Part shown: positions 40,583 through 52,561 of the stretch, piece after piece
How positions within the stretch are numbered: the stretch's first letter is position 1
Layout of the letters: every line of letters starts with the position of its first letter
Source of the DNA: Nitrospirota bacterium
GTDB lineage: Bacteria; Nitrospirota; Nitrospiria; Nitrospirales; Nitrospiraceae
Direction of reading: 5' to 3'
Assembly: GCA_963703955.1 (NCBI GenBank)
Contig: CAVPGK010000012.1
Coordinates: forward strand, 1-64,000
Length of the DNA: 64,000 nucleotides
Position numbers and translations under genes: made by a program
Notes under the pieces: model-generated
The model's input: only the letters and a program-made list of their open reading frames with translations
Told to the model about the DNA's origin: nothing
The model's database searches: none

Positions 40583-42760
40583 TTATCGGTCCTGCCAGGT
40601 TCGAACGCGCCGGGCGGTGATGACTCCCTCCACACGCTCCACAGCCTTCAACACTCGGCTCAGGTGCGCGGTGTCCGTGACTTCGATCACAAAGTCCAGC
40701 AGAGCTTTCTGATCCTCCCGCGTTGTGATTTCGGCGCGGCTGATATTGGCCTCGCAGGTTGAGATGGAGGACGAGACATTGGCGAGGACTCCGGGCTTGT
40801 CCACGGCCAATACCGACATTTTGACTGCGTGCGTGCTCGGAGACGTGGTATCCCATTCCACTTCCACCAGCCGCTCTTTGTCGTAATCAAGCGCGTCCAG
40901 ATTCGGGCACCCCACCGAGTGAATCGTCAGTCCTCGGCCTCGCGTAATGTAGCCCATGATCCGATCCCCGGGGACAGGATTGCAGCAGCGGGATAGTTGC
41001 ATCAACAGATCCCGGTCGCCTATGACCTTGACGCCCTTCTCCGGCTGCTTGGCCGTTGCGGGACGCAGTTCAACCGTTTCGTCCGCGGTCGGTTGACGCG
41101 CCGCTTCCGGACGCGGAATCAGGCGGTTGATCACCTGCGCCGTCGAGACGCGGCCATAGCCCACCGCCGCCGCCAATTCGTCGGTTGTATCACAGCCCGA
41201 CTCCCGAGCGACCTGTAAGAACCGGTCCGACTTGAACATCTGAGCAGGAGGCAGTTCGTGGCGCCTGAATTCCCGCTCCAGTAATCGCCGGCCAATTTCT
41301 ATGCTGCGCTTCTGCTCTTCGCCCTTGAGCCAATGCTTAATTTTGGTTTTGGCCCTCGGCGTCCGGACAAATTTCAGCCAATCCCTATGGGGCACTTGGG
41401 TCGGCGCGGTGAGAATCTCAACGGTGTCGCCGCTGGCGAGTTGATGCTTCAGCGGCACGATCTTGCCGTTGACCTTTGCCCCGACACAATGATCACCTAC
41501 TTCGGTATGAATCGCATAGGCAAAATCGACGGGCGTCGCCCCAAGGGGCATCTCCTTCACCATTCCTTTCGGGGTGAACACGTAGACGACATCGTGGAAG
41601 AGGTCCAGCTTGACCGTGTCCATGAACTGGCGGTTGTCCGTCAGGTCTTGGTGCCACTCCACGAACTGGCGCAGCCAACTGAAGATTTTGCCGTCTTTCT
41701 CATCAATCTGGCCGTGTTCCTTATACTTCCAGTGAGAAGCGATCCCATGCTCTGCGATCCGATGCATTTCTTCCGTCCGGATTTGAAATTCCACGTGTTC
41801 GCCCTTGGGACCGACGACCGTGGTATGCAGCGATTGATATAAATTGGATTTTGGAATGGCGATGTAGTCCTTGAATCGCCCCGGGACGGGACGCCACAAA
41901 GAATGGATCAATCCCAGGATCGCATAGCAGTTCATTTTCACATCGGTGATGACGCGAATGGCGGTGAGATCGTAGACCTCTTCGAATGAAATGGATTGGC
42001 GCTCCATCTTCTGGTAAATGCCGTACAAGTGCTTGGGGCGTCCGTGAACCTCACCGGTCAAGCCCGCTTCAGCCAACGCCGCGCTCACCTCGCGAATGAC
42101 TTCTTCGATGTATTGCTGGCGTTCCTCGTCCCGTTTCGCCACCCGAAGTTTGAGTCCGGCGTACGCCTCCGGTTTGAGATACTTTAGACACAGGTCTTCC
42201 AGCTCATTCTTCATCCATCCGATGCCAAGCCGGTTGGCGAGCGGCGCGTAAATTTCCAAGGTTTCCTGGGCGATCTGTTGCCGCTTGGTTTCAGGGAGAT
42301 GCTCGAGCGTCCACATGTTATGAAGACGGTCGGCCAGCTTGATGAGGACGACGCGGATGTCGTCTGCCATCGACAATACCATCTTGCGAAAATTTTCAGC
42401 CTGCTTTTCCTCGTAGTTCCTGAATTTGATTTTTCCGATCTTCGAGACACCGTCGACGAGCCGGACGATGTCCTTTCCGAACAATTGCTCCAATTCATCC
42501 TGAGTCGCCAGCGTGTCTTCGAGGGTGTCGTGAAGTAAGCCCGCCACGATCGCGGTGACATCGGAGCGGAGCGACGTAAGTACGCCGGCTACCGCGAGAG
42601 GATGCTGAAGATATGGCTCTCCCGACTGCCGCATCTGGCCTTCGTGGGCTTTGGCTGAGAATTCATAGGCCCGCCGCACCAGATCCGTTTCCGCATCCGG
42701 GTTGTAGCTCTGCATCCGCTTGATCAGCTGATCAATATGCGTAATGGTCTCGTACGGCAT
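40583..42760 (-). CDS. rel: Bifunctional (p)ppGpp synthetase/hydrolase (long RSH)
   Basis: HD hydrolase (LLHDTLED), synthetase (RPKH, YQSLHT, EFQIRT), TGS, CCNPVPGD and ACT domains. Confidence 0.95.
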   Translation of the reverse strand: MPYETITHIDQLIKRMQSYNPDAETDLVRRAYEFSAKAHEGQMRQSGEPYLQHPLAVAGVLTSLRSDVTAIVAGLLHDTLEDTLATQDELEQLFGKDIVRLVDGVSKIGKIKFRNYEEKQAENFRKMVLSMADDIRVVLIKLADRLHNMWTLEHLPETKRQQIAQETLEIYAPLANRLGIGWMKNELEDLCLKYLKPEAYAGLKLRVAKRDEERQQYIEEVIREVSAALAEAGLTGEVHGRPKHLYGIYQKMERQSISFEEVYDLTAIRVITDVKMNCYAILGLIHSLWRPVPGRFKDYIAIPKSNLYQSLHTTVVGPKGEHVEFQIRTEEMHRIAEHGIASHWKYKEHGQIDEKDGKIFSWLRQFVEWHQDLTDNRQFMDTVKLDLFHDVVYVFTPKGMVKEMPLGATPVDFAYAIHTEVGDHCVGAKVNGKIVPLKHQLASGDTVEILTAPTQVPHRDWLKFVRTPRAKTKIKHWLKGEEQKRSIEIGRRLLEREFRRHELPPAQMFKSDRFLQVARESGCDTTDELAAAVGYGRVSTAQVINRLIPRPEAARQPTADETVELRPATAKQPEKGVKVIGDRDLLMQLSRCCNPVPGDRIMGYITRGRGLTIHSVGCPNLDALDYDKERLVEVEWDTTSPSTHAVKMSVLAVDKPGVLANVSSSISTCEANISRAEITTREDQKALLDFVIEVTDTAHLSRVLKAVERVEGVITARRVRTWQDR

Positions 42761-42773
42761 GGCATGACACGCG

Positions 42774-44477
42774 CTATAGCGAGGGCGTCGCTCGAATATC
42801 TCTGATCTTCAGTTGGATCTTGTCCAGCCCGTTCCAGCGATGCAACTCCGGCATAAAGGCGAGATCCACGGGTTGGCCGGGTGAAAACCCGCGCTCAGCG
42901 AAGGCGCCCATCCGAAAGCCAATGCTCTCGAACGGGTGAGAATTCTTTTGCCGCACCGTCAGTTTGAGATGGCGATCCCCGACCACACGCGACTCCAACA
43001 CCGTCAAGTTTCTCACGGCAAAGGTCGGTTCCGGATTGCCGGTCCCAAAGGGGTGAAGAAGATCCAACTCCCGAACGAGCTGTGGCGCCATATCCAGAAG
43101 ACTGACCTCCGCATCCACGTGAAGGACCGGATCGTACGGATGCCCGCCTGACCACTCGCTTGCGACGTCGGCAAACCGTTTCAGGAACTCCGGTAGAGCA
43201 GCCTCGCGTATCGTCAGGCCGGCCGCATCGGGGTGCCCCCCAAATCTCTCCAAGAGATCACGGCACAGGGACAGCGCCTGATAGAGATCAAAGCCCGGGA
43301 TACCGCGCGCAGAGCCCTTCCCGATTCCATGCTCGTCCACGGCCACGACGATGGCGGGACGATGATAGCGTTCGACGAGCCGCGCCGCGACAATTCCCAC
43401 GACCCCCACATGCCAGTGTCGCGCCCACACAACGAGCGCCGAGGGTGCGTCTATATTCGCCGCAAGCGCCATTGCATCAGCGGTCATTTCTTCCTCGATT
43501 TGCTGGCGATTTCGGTTCAACTCTTCCAACTGCCCGGCCAGTTCGATCGCTTCCGCATCTGACTCCGTGGTAAGCAGCCGTACGCCAAGCTCCGCATGGG
43601 CCAACCGTCCGGCCGCATTGATCCGCGGAGCCAGTCGAAACGCCACGGTATCCGCTGTACAGGGTCGGTCAATACCCGCAACCTGTTTCAGCGCGCGCAG
43701 ACCGGGTCGCGATCCCTGAGAGATCAAGGCCAATCCTTCTCGCACGAAGCGCCGATTCTCATCCTGTAAAGGAACGATATCGGCAATAGTGGCCAACGCC
43801 ACGAGATCGAGCAAGGACTCGACCGCGCGCCCTCCGCCTCCATACTTCGCCTGATAGGCCGTCACCACTTTGAACGCCAAACCCGCTGTGCAAAGCCCTG
43901 CGAACGGATAGCGGGAGTCCTTTCGATGAGGATTGAGGAGCGCGAGTGCGGGGGGAAGATGGGCTTCACCTTGGTGGTGGTCCGTAATGATGACCTCCAT
44001 CCCAAGTCGCGTCGCCGTCTCGACCTCACGATGCGATGTGGTTCCACAATCGGAGGTCACGAGCAAGGTGACACCCTCAGCCGAGAGGCGCTGAATCGCC
44101 CCGTCATTCAGTCCGTAACCTTCGTGAAGACGATGTGGGACATACCAACCCGCATTGGCACCGACCCGGCGGAAGAAGGTCACATAGAGACTCGTGGCCG
44201 CCATACCGTCGACATCATAATCTCCGTAAAAACAGACCCGTTCCCCGAATTTCACCGCCCGGTGTAAACGATCGACCGCCAGGTCGATATCCGGAAGCAA
44301 GAATGGATCGCGGACATCAGCCTGATGAAACGATAACCAATGCGATGCCTGTTCCCTGGTCACCACCCCACGGGCAAGCAACACCGACGCGGTAATCGGA
44401 GAGAGTGAGAGCATAGACGCCAGCGCCATTTGTTCGTCCCGACTAATCTCGCGAAAAACCCACCGTCTCTTGACCAT
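42774..44477 (-). CDS. recJ: ssDNA exonuclease RecJ
   Basis: GDYDVDG, DCG, DHH, RINAAGRL, GSARG, GGH and PFGTGNP motifs. Confidence 0.95.
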   Translation of the reverse strand: MVKRRWVFREISRDEQMALASMLSLSPITASVLLARGVVTREQASHWLSFHQADVRDPFLLPDIDLAVDRLHRAVKFGERVCFYGDYDVDGMAATSLYVTFFRRVGANAGWYVPHRLHEGYGLNDGAIQRLSAEGVTLLVTSDCGTTSHREVETATRLGMEVIITDHHQGEAHLPPALALLNPHRKDSRYPFAGLCTAGLAFKVVTAYQAKYGGGGRAVESLLDLVALATIADIVPLQDENRRFVREGLALISQGSRPGLRALKQVAGIDRPCTADTVAFRLAPRINAAGRLAHAELGVRLLTTESDAEAIELAGQLEELNRNRQQIEEEMTADAMALAANIDAPSALVVWARHWHVGVVGIVAARLVERYHRPAIVVAVDEHGIGKGSARGIPGFDLYQALSLCRDLLERFGGHPDAAGLTIREAALPEFLKRFADVASEWSGGHPYDPVLHVDAEVSLLDMAPQLVRELDLLHPFGTGNPEPTFAVRNLTVLESRVVGDRHLKLTVRQKNSHPFESIGFRMGAFAERGFSPGQPVDLAFMPELHRWNGLDKIQLKIRDIRATPSL

Positions 44478-44531
44478 CAGCCCCCTGACCAACTTCTCGT
44501 GACACTCACAAATCAATGAGATTTCAGCGGA

Positions 44532-44560
44532 ATACTAGTCTGACGATCCGGCTTTGTCAA
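44532..44560 (-). promoter_or_regulatory. Putative sigma70 promoter of recJ-rel
   Basis: TTGACA-N17-TAGTAT on the minus strand. Confidence 0.6.
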
Positions 44561-44734
44561 ACGGACGCAGGAGAACCTTGGGCAAACGTTCAGGGCGACC
44601 AGAGCAATCATGGTAACACCCCTCGGGACCCATTGTCAGGGGCAGGGGCGACCGGGTTCAAAAACCGTCGATGGTCGCTCTAATCAATGCGCGTGAGATA
44701 CGGAGGGCGGAAGGAGTGGAGACGAGGCGGGTGT

Positions 44735-44932
44735 TTACTCCCCACCTTTCTGAACATAGTTCTTGACGAACTCTTCGGCATTCTCTTCGAGGACGTCGTC
44801 GATCTCATCGACCAACTTATCGATATCTTCTTTCAGTTTCTTTCCGGCTTCGACCACCTTCGGATTCGGCTTGACCTCTTCTCTTGTCTGCGTGTCCTTT
44901 TTTGATTCCGGTCTCCTCTCCTGTTTTTCCAT
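44735..44932 (-). CDS. pup: Prokaryotic ubiquitin-like protein Pup
   Basis: C-terminus DEIDDVLEENAEEFVKNYVQKGGE closely follows actinobacterial Pup; GAGGAGG RBS. Confidence 0.92.
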   Translation of the reverse strand: MEKQERRPESKKDTQTREEVKPNPKVVEAGKKLKEDIDKLVDEIDDVLEENAEEFVKNYVQKGGE

Positions 44933-45050
44933 CGGAGTCCCTCCTCACAATTCGAACACCAGTGAGATCGCATCGCTACACCTAAGATACTCTAGGCTTT
45001 CCCAAACCGTCAAGCAACACGTCAAGGCACATGGCGCATCCATTGAATCC

Positions 45051-47108
45051 TCATGGGGCAATCAACGACACGATAAGCAGGGCGACGATATTGATAACCT
45101 TGATCATGGGATTGATCGCCGGTCCTGCGGTATCTTTGCATGGGTCACCGACGGTATCACCGGTTACTGCAGCCTTATGGGTGTCCGTGCCCTTCTTTCC
45201 TTGCTCCTCAATGAATTTCTTAGCATTATCCCACGCTCCACCGCCGCTCGTCATCGAGATGGCCACAAAGAGTCCTGTGACGATACTCCCGACCAGCATG
45301 CCACCCAATGCCTGCGGGCCCAGGACCACACCGACGAGAATGGGCGACAGCACAGGAATGAGCCCGGGAATCATCATCTTCTTGATCGCGGCCTGAGTCA
45401 CGATGTCGACGCAGGTTCCATACTCCGGTTTTCCCGTCCCCTCCATGATGCCTTTAATGCTCCGGAACTGTCGCCGGACTTCTTCCACGACCAATCCACC
45501 TGCCTGGCCGACGGCTTTCATGCACAGCGAACCGAACAGAAACGGCAACATCCCTCCGAGAAAGAGGCCAACCAACACAGACGGATTCGACAGATCAAAT
45601 CCGCTGCGTTGATTCTCCCCGGCGACCGCTCGGGCATATTCGGCAAAGAGCACGATCGCGGCCAAGCCTGCCGAGCCGATGGCGTACCCCTTCGTCACCG
45701 CCTTGGTCGTATTCCCGACCGCGTCCAGCGGGTCCGTGATGTTCCGGACGTCACTTCCTAAATGGGCCATCTCCGCGATGCCACCTGCATTATCGGTGAT
45801 CGGTCCGAACGCATCGATCGCGACCACGATACCCGCCATCGAGAGCATGGACACCGCCGCGACCGCCACACCGTAGAGACCTCCCGCCGTCGCTCCTCCG
45901 CAGATCCAGAAACTGGCAAGGATCGCACCCGCAATGACCACCACCGGCCATGCCGTCGCCTGCATGCCGACCGCGAGGCCTGCGATAATGTTCGTCGCAT
46001 GTCCGGTTTCACTGGCCTTGGCGATCTCCTGGACCGGCGAATAACTCTTGGAGGTGTAATAGTCTGTGATAAACACGAGGGCCAGCGTCACCGCGAGCCC
46101 CAGCAGCGCGGCAACGTAATAGCTGACCCCGCTGACCCCTCCCACACCCTCCATTATCTTCACAGTGATCGGATAGAAGGCCACCGCCGCAATCCCACCC
46201 GCGACAAAAAGCCCCTTATAGAGAGCGGACATAATCCCGCCGCCCGGGCCGACTTTCACGAACATGATGCCGATGATCGTCGCTAAAATGGTGAGCCCTC
46301 CCAATACAAGCGGATACAGGATGGGTTCTGCCTGGCCCTTGAACATGGTATAGGCCAGCACCATAGCCGCCACGGTTGTAACGGCGTAGGTTTCAAAGAG
46401 GTCGGCCGCCATGCCGGCGCAATCGCCGACATTGTCACCGACGTTGTCCGCGATGACCGCCGGATTTCGCGGATCGTCCTCCGGAATACCCGCTTCCACT
46501 TTCCCGACCAGGTCCGCTCCGACGTCGGCCGCTTTGGTGAAGATGCCTCCGCCGACACGTGCGAACACGGAAATGAGGCTGCCTCCGAATCCGAGGCTCA
46601 GCAACGCATGGATCGCCTTCTCCTGCCCGACCATCGTTGAGGCGATGGCGTAGAAGCTGGTTAAGGCCAGCAGGCCGAGTCCGATCAGGAGCAGGCCGGT
46701 CACGGCTCCGCCTCGGAAAGCCACCGTCAACGCGGCATTGAGCCCTTGATGCGCCGCCTGAGCGGTCCGCACGTTCGCCCGCACGGCGATGAACATGCCC
46801 ACATACCCTGCGAGTGACGATGCCACGGCGCCGACCAGAAACCCGACAGCGGTGACCAGCCCGAACTTATCGGACCACAGCCCGGCGACCCATAGCAGCA
46901 CGAACAGCACCACCGCCACCGCGCCGATCGTTCGGTATTGTCGATTCAGGTAGGCAGCCGCGCCCTCTTGGATAGCCTGCGCGATGCGCTGCATCTCCTT
47001 ATTGCCGGCGTCCAACCGAAAGACCCACAACGTCAAGTACAGCCCATAGCCGATGCCGACTAGGGATGATGCGATCGCGAAGACAATCACGCTCGTCGAA
47101 AGATCCAC
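45051..47108 (-). CDS. hppA: Membrane H+-translocating pyrophosphatase, K+-independent type
   Basis: [11 protein letters not shown] and DNVGDNVGD motifs; GNTTK carries Lys at the K+-dependence position. Confidence 0.93.
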   Translation of the reverse strand: MDLSTSVIVFAIASSLVGIGYGLYLTLWVFRLDAGNKEMQRIAQAIQEGAAAYLNRQYRTIGAVAVVLFVLLWVAGLWSDKFGLVTAVGFLVGAVASSLAGYVGMFIAVRANVRTAQAAHQGLNAALTVAFRGGAVTGLLLIGLGLLALTSFYAIASTMVGQEKAIHALLSLGFGGSLISVFARVGGGIFTKAADVGADLVGKVEAGIPEDDPRNPAVIADNVGDNVGDCAGMAADLFETYAVTTVAAMVLAYTMFKGQAEPILYPLVLGGLTILATIIGIMFVKVGPGGGIMSALYKGLFVAGGIAAVAFYPITVKIMEGVGGVSGVSYYVAALLGLAVTLALVFITDYYTSKSYSPVQEIAKASETGHATNIIAGLAVGMQATAWPVVVIAGAILASFWICGGATAGGLYGVAVAAVSMLSMAGIVVAIDAFGPITDNAGGIAEMAHLGSDVRNITDPLDAVGNTTKAVTKGYAIGSAGLAAIVLFAEYARAVAGENQRSGFDLSNPSVLVGLFLGGMLPFLFGSLCMKAVGQAGGLVVEEVRRQFRSIKGIMEGTGKPEYGTCVDIVTQAAIKKMMIPGLIPVLSPILVGVVLGPQALGGMLVGSIVTGLFVAISMTSGGGAWDNAKKFIEEQGKKGTDTHKAAVTGDTVGDPCKDTAGPAINPMIKVINIVALLIVSLIAP

Positions 47109-47366
47109 GGAAGAACCCTCCTAATCCAGTTGCACCGGAACGGTTTGAGGCAGCCCTCACTCTCCCTTATCGGAGTCCGTCTCCGCAAGTCTCTGAATTT
47201 GCTTTACAGTACGAAAGCCTCTAAAAGGCCGGCACATTGTATACACGCACAGGGGAATGATCAAGACGAAACCCCACAGAAATACGGAGGTGAGCGCTGT
47301 AATGCACTTGCTCATTGCCCCGCATTGTGACAAAAGAAGGTGGACGGGAGTGGATCGGAGGGCCTG

Positions 47367-49094
47367 ATGACTCGAATCGAAGCACGAGCCGAAGGGCATT
47401 GGGCAAGGGTTCGGAATACTTGTCAGGAAATAGTCAGCAGCAAGGCAGCACCCTGGCTTGTCCTCATACTCGTCGGGCTCTTCGCCTTCTTTGGGAATCT
47501 CAGTCTCTCTCTCTTTGAGGGGAGCGAAGGTTTGTATGCCCAAATCACGCGAGAGATGGTCCACTCGCAACACTTTACTTCTCTGACCTACCAGGAAGAA
47601 CCCTACTCGAATAAGTTTCCGCTTTTCTTTTGGGTGCTGGCCTTCTCGACCGGCCTCTTCGGCGAGAACGAGATTGCGCTCCGGTTGCCGGGAGCGCTGT
47701 TTAGTTTCGGGATCATGGCGCTGACCTATGCGCTCGGGAAGGCCCTTTTTTCGAGAACGGCCGCCTTCTGGGCGGCACTCCTCGTTCCCACGACCCATGT
47801 GTATCTGTGGTATGGCCGTCGCGTGCTCTTCGACTCGATGCTGACCTTCTTTATCACTTTGGCGCTCCTGGCGTGGGTGCGGGCTCACATTCAAAAATTG
47901 GGATCCTGGTGGTATGCGGCCTGCTTCGTTTCGATGGCTCTTGCTGCCATGACGAAGGGGTTACATGGATACGTCCTTCCATTGGTGGTCATCGCCGTCT
48001 TTCTTGTCATCACGAAGGATGCCACTCCGTTCAAGAAATGGTCAGTGTGGATCGGGCTTTTCTTGTCCATCGCCCTCATGACCGCATACTCACTGAACCT
48101 GGATGTTGACCTGCAAAAGCATTTCAATCCACTCAAAGCCTCCCGATCGGTTTTCGAGTTTGTCACTGTCCGGCCATCCACAGAAAGGCACCCCATCTAT
48201 TGGTATCTCCTCATCATGTGGTTTGATTTCTTCCCCTGGTGCGCCTTGGTCCCATCCAGTCTCCTCGCAGTGCTTTCCAAACGGCCTCTGCGGCCGAGCC
48301 CAGCCGAAGCCTTCGTGCTGGCCTGGGTCCTTGGCATGTTTGTGGCGTTGAGCGTGTCAAGCCTCAAGCGGGAGCCTTACCTGATGTCCCTGGTGCCCGG
48401 GCTCGGTCTCATGATCGGTTACTATCGCCAAACCGTCTCGCATGCCTCCGAGCAGAATCGATGGGCCACATGGCTCCTCAGATTGCTGCTCGCTCTGCTG
48501 GCAGTTGCCTTCACCGTGGCCTTGTTCACCGGCCCCTCCCTCCTGCATCGCCGCTGGAGCGTCGAACCGGCTCTGTTTCCAGTTGTATACCTCCTCGTCA
48601 TGATCGTGCTTTCCATGGCTCTCATCTATTGGGCCGTTCGATTTGATATTCGGAGAGCCTTTCAAACCACAGGGGCTTTGGCCATCGGATTTGCATTCGG
48701 CGTCGTCCAGTTCGTCCTGCCAGCTATCGATCAAGCCGGTTCGGCAAGACAGATCAGCGAGGACATCAAGGCAATTGCCACGAACTCCGCTCAGCCCATA
48801 CACAGCTACAGTCCGCGATGGCCTAAGAATGAGGATGCGATCTATTACCTCAATCTGCCGCCTGCCCTGCCGCGCATAGCCTCAGAAGACGCCTTGATCG
48901 AGATTGCTCGTGAGGCCGGGCATGTGTCTGCGGTCATGGATAAGACCGTTCTTAACGATCTCAGGACGCGGGACGATCTCACGATCGAGCTGGTCCGCGA
49001 ATTTCCTCGGCCGAGGGATAAGGGCATGTATTTGCTTACCGTCCAGGTGAAGAAGCCCGCAGGACCCGATGTCCGGGGCGGCCGCCCCCGTTAG
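47367..49094 (+). CDS. ArnT/GT39-GT83-like membrane glycosyltransferase
   Basis: EGLYAQITREM, KFPLFFW, ALRLP, MTKG, HPIYWY and FFPW motifs; many TM segments. Confidence 0.85.
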   Translation: MTRIEARAEGHWARVRNTCQEIVSSKAAPWLVLILVGLFAFFGNLSLSLFEGSEGLYAQITREMVHSQHFTSLTYQEEPYSNKFPLFFWVLAFSTGLFGENEIALRLPGALFSFGIMALTYALGKALFSRTAAFWAALLVPTTHVYLWYGRRVLFDSMLTFFITLALLAWVRAHIQKLGSWWYAACFVSMALAAMTKGLHGYVLPLVVIAVFLVITKDATPFKKWSVWIGLFLSIALMTAYSLNLDVDLQKHFNPLKASRSVFEFVTVRPSTERHPIYWYLLIMWFDFFPWCALVPSSLLAVLSKRPLRPSPAEAFVLAWVLGMFVALSVSSLKREPYLMSLVPGLGLMIGYYRQTVSHASEQNRWATWLLRLLLALLAVAFTVALFTGPSLLHRRWSVEPALFPVVYLLVMIVLSMALIYWAVRFDIRRAFQTTGALAIGFAFGVVQFVLPAIDQAGSARQISEDIKAIATNSAQPIHSYSPRWPKNEDAIYYLNLPPALPRIASEDALIEIAREAGHVSAVMDKTVLNDLRTRDDLTIELVREFPRPRDKGMYLLTVQVKKPAGPDVRGGRPR

Positions 49095-49502
49095 ATGAGG
49101 AGGATCATCCCTATTTTGTCACTATTGAGCGCCGCGCTGAAGGGACGCGGTGCTCAAACGATCTTAGCGACATGGTTCTATGAAACTGTTGTAACCATGA
49201 GATTGATATGCTTTTCAACTATTCAACAAGATACCATCACCACCGCGACCGGCGTTTCCAGTGATTGCTATACGCCCTTGCAATAATTTTATAGCCTTTG
49301 AAGAATGCCGCCGCGATTGCACCGACATAGCTGACTCGCAGTCTTGCCATACAAACCGGTGATGCCAGACGAGGGATCGAGAGCCCTGAATCAGTGCCGA
49401 TATTCGGAAGAAGTACGAGAGGTAGAATCCCATCAATCACATCTATGGAGAGACTGAAGACTCCAGAAACACTCCCCTTCCAACCAACATTAAGGAGGAC
49501 TC

Positions 49503-49898
49503 GTGAAATACTTCATCACTAACATAGAGGACGCTACGGCAGACAATCAGCACTATAGAAGAGAATTGTTTACGGCAAAGCATAGCCAGCTCGTGCTGAT
49601 GAATCTCAGGCCCGGCGAGGAGATTGGGATGGAAGTCCACGAACTGGACCAGTTTATTCGCTTTGAAGCCGGTGAAGGCAAAGTCGAGCTCAATGGAAAA
49701 GTACATGACGTTCATGATGGAATCGCCGTCGTCATTCCCGCCGGAACCAAGCATAACGTGATGAACACATCGTCTCAAGACCTGAAGCTCTACAGCATCT
49801 ATAGCCCTCCCGAGCATAAAGTCGGCACTGTTCATAAGACGAAGCAAGAGGCAGAGAAAGACATCGATCACCACTTCGATGGTCGGACATCGGGATGA
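49503..49898 (+). CDS. Cupin domain protein
   Basis: QLVLMNL.PGEEIGMEVH..DQF...IPAGTKHNV..KLYSIYSPPEH. Confidence 0.88.
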   Translation: MKYFITNIEDATADNQHYRRELFTAKHSQLVLMNLRPGEEIGMEVHELDQFIRFEAGEGKVELNGKVHDVHDGIAVVIPAGTKHNVMNTSSQDLKLYSIYSPPEHKVGTVHKTKQEAEKDIDHHFDGRTSG

Positions 49899-49942
49899 AC
49901 CAATCAAGATAGGCGGGCAAGAGGGAAGCGCGAGGGAACGTC

Positions 49943-51781
49943 ATGGCCTACCAACCCATTGAACATTACGGCCTCATCGGCAACATGCGGACCGTCGCGC
50001 TTGTGGGCATGAACGGTGCCATCGATTGGTTGTGTTTTCCGCATTTCGATTCACCGAGTGTGTTTGCCGCGATTCTCGATGATGCGAAGGGCGGCCGTTT
50101 CCAGATCGCTCCTATCAACGATGACGTGAGGTTCAAACAGTTCTATTGGCCGGAAACCAATGTGCTGATCACGCGTTTTCTCTCGCAGGATGGAGTGGGC
50201 GAGATTGAGGATTTCATGCCGGCCGGCATGGGGTCAGGATCCGAATGGCATCACCAACTGATCCGGCACGTCAAAGTGGTTCGAGGCAGCATGAGATTCC
50301 ACCTGGAATGCCATCCGGCCTTTAACTATGCTCGCACGGCGCATGAGACCAAACTCGATCTGCATGGGGCTGGGTTCTATACGCCCCACTTGAGCCTCGG
50401 GCTTGCGACCACTCTTCCTTTGAAGCTCGATAAGCGCGGCGTGTCCGCCGAATTTACGTTGCAACAAGGCCAGGCGGCCGTCTGCGTACTCCGGCAAATT
50501 ACGCCTGAGCAAAGCTGCGGTGCTTCTCCTCCTGACGAGGAAGCCCGCGCGCTGTTCGAAACGACGGTCGACTTTTGGCGCCGCTGGCTGTCGCAGTGCA
50601 ACTACCTGGGTCGCTGGCGGGAAATGGTCTATCGATCCGCATTGGCCCTCAAACTGCTCACGTTTGAGCCGACCGGAGCGATCGTCGCCGCGCCGACCTG
50701 TAGCCTACCGGAGGGGATCGGCGGCATTCGAAACTGGGACTACCGCTACACCTGGGTCAGGGACGCGGCCTTTACATTGTACGGCTTGCTTCGGATCGGA
50801 TTTACTCGGGAGGCGGCCGCGTTTATGGAGTGGCTGGATGCGCGCGCGCGCGAGAAAAGTCATGCGCCCGGTCCCCTCCAGATCGTATATGGCATCGACG
50901 GCCGCACCAATTTGAAGGAGGAGATTCTTGATCACTTGGACGGTTATAAAGGGTCGCGTCCCGTCCGCATCGGCAATGGGGCGTACACACATCTGCAGTT
51001 GGACATCTACGGCGAGCTTCTCGACTCTGTCTACCTGTACAACAAGTATGGAAGCCCGATCTCCTATGACACGTGGGTTCACTTACGGGATATCCTGAAT
51101 TGGCTTTGCGAGACCTGGAATCAGGAGGATGAGGGGATCTGGGAAGTACGGGGTGGGCGGCGACACTTCGTGTACTCCAAATTGATGTGCTGGGTGGCGA
51201 TGGATCGCGGCCTTCGCTTGGCCGACAAGCGGTCGTTTCCCGCAGATCGCATGAAGTGGTTGGCGGTGCGGGATCAGATCTATGAAGAGATCATGGCCAA
51301 AGGGTGGAGCAGCTCGCGTCAGGCGTTTGTCCAATATTACGGGAGCGATTCATTGGATGCGTCGAATCTGCTCATGCCCTTGGTGTTCTTTCTCTCGCCC
51401 TTCGATCCCCGCATGCTGAAGACGTTGGAGGCGATCAACCGCCCGCCGATGGAGGGTGGCTTGGTGTCGGATGGTCTGGTGTTTCGGTACGACGCCGCCA
51501 AGGGGGTAGACGGGCTACACGGGGCGGAAGGCACCTTCAACATGTGTTCGTTCTGGCTCGTCGAAGCGCTGACCCGGGCAGGACGTGAAGATCGCCGGAA
51601 GCTGGATGAAGCCCGACTGTTATTCGAGCGGATGCTAGGTTACGCCAACCATGTGGGTCTCTATGCCGAAGAGACCGGCGACCATGGAGAGGCCTTGGGA
51701 AACTTCCCGCAGGCCTTCACTCATCTCGCCTTGATCAGTGCGGCGTTCAACCTCGACCGTGCGCTTGGACAGAAGAAATAA
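49943..51781 (+). CDS. Glycoside hydrolase family 15 (glucoamylase/trehalase-like)
   Basis: [33 protein letters not shown] and GNFPQAFTH motifs. Confidence 0.92.
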   Translation: MAYQPIEHYGLIGNMRTVALVGMNGAIDWLCFPHFDSPSVFAAILDDAKGGRFQIAPINDDVRFKQFYWPETNVLITRFLSQDGVGEIEDFMPAGMGSGSEWHHQLIRHVKVVRGSMRFHLECHPAFNYARTAHETKLDLHGAGFYTPHLSLGLATTLPLKLDKRGVSAEFTLQQGQAAVCVLRQITPEQSCGASPPDEEARALFETTVDFWRRWLSQCNYLGRWREMVYRSALALKLLTFEPTGAIVAAPTCSLPEGIGGIRNWDYRYTWVRDAAFTLYGLLRIGFTREAAAFMEWLDARAREKSHAPGPLQIVYGIDGRTNLKEEILDHLDGYKGSRPVRIGNGAYTHLQLDIYGELLDSVYLYNKYGSPISYDTWVHLRDILNWLCETWNQEDEGIWEVRGGRRHFVYSKLMCWVAMDRGLRLADKRSFPADRMKWLAVRDQIYEEIMAKGWSSSRQAFVQYYGSDSLDASNLLMPLVFFLSPFDPRMLKTLEAINRPPMEGGLVSDGLVFRYDAAKGVDGLHGAEGTFNMCSFWLVEALTRAGREDRRKLDEARLLFERMLGYANHVGLYAEETGDHGEALGNFPQAFTHLALISAAFNLDRALGQKK

Positions 51782-51978
51782 CGGTCAAGGTAGAGAATCG
51801 GCACTTCCCTGAAGGTGGCGATCTCCTTCATCTCAATATCAATACCGTTCACCAAGGGTGGTCGAGGTGCGCCTCGGCAAAGCGAAGGCGAGCGAACTTC
51901 TGGTGGATCGAGCAAGCAATGGCCTAAGAGACGAGGATGGATTACGCCCTACAGGTTCAATCGATGGAGCCTGTCATC

Positions 51979-52416
51979 ATGCATCAAAATACCAAGACTA
52001 TCGTTCTCATCCACGGCCTGTGGATGACCCCCCGGAGTTGGGATCATTTCCGCCGCTTTTACGAAGAGCGTGGATAACGCGTGTTGACGCCGGCGTGGCC
52101 CCGCCTGCAGGGTGAGGTGGAAGATGTACGCCGCGATCCGTCGGCGCTTGCAGGCCTGGGCGTCTCCGAGATTGCCGACCACTACGAGAAATTTGTTCGG
52201 GCCCTCGACGAACCACCCATCCTCATGGGCCACTCGTTCGGTGGACTGATTGTGCAGATGCTCTTGGATCGCGGGCTGGGCGCCGCCGGAGTGGCCATCG
52301 ACGCCGCTGCCCCCAAAGGAATACTGCGGCTGCCGTTTTCGGCGATCAAGGCGGCGAACCCCGTGTTGTCGAACCCCGCCAACTACAAGCGGCGGAAGCT
52401 CGCGGCCCAAGCGTGA
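51979..52416 (+). pseudogene. Alpha/beta hydrolase remnant
   Basis: IVLIHGLWMTPRSW, in-frame TAA at 52075, GHSFGG nucleophile elbow; truncated before the catalytic Asp/His. Confidence 0.8.
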
Positions 52417-52561
52417 CGCAATCACGCACGAACTATAAAAAAGAAACATGTGGCAACACACCAAAAGGGAATGATAAAGACTGCCCGAAAAGGAGTAGAT
52501 TGAAGCCTCTGTTCCACAAGGAGAGGTTTCCTGGTGAGGAATATCAAGTGAAGGAGCTACC

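Noticed and set aside
44735..44932. UBact assignment
   Set aside because: The C-terminus matches Pup (DEIDDVLEENAEEFV..YVQKGGE) rather than the R[S/T]G[E/Q] ending of UBact
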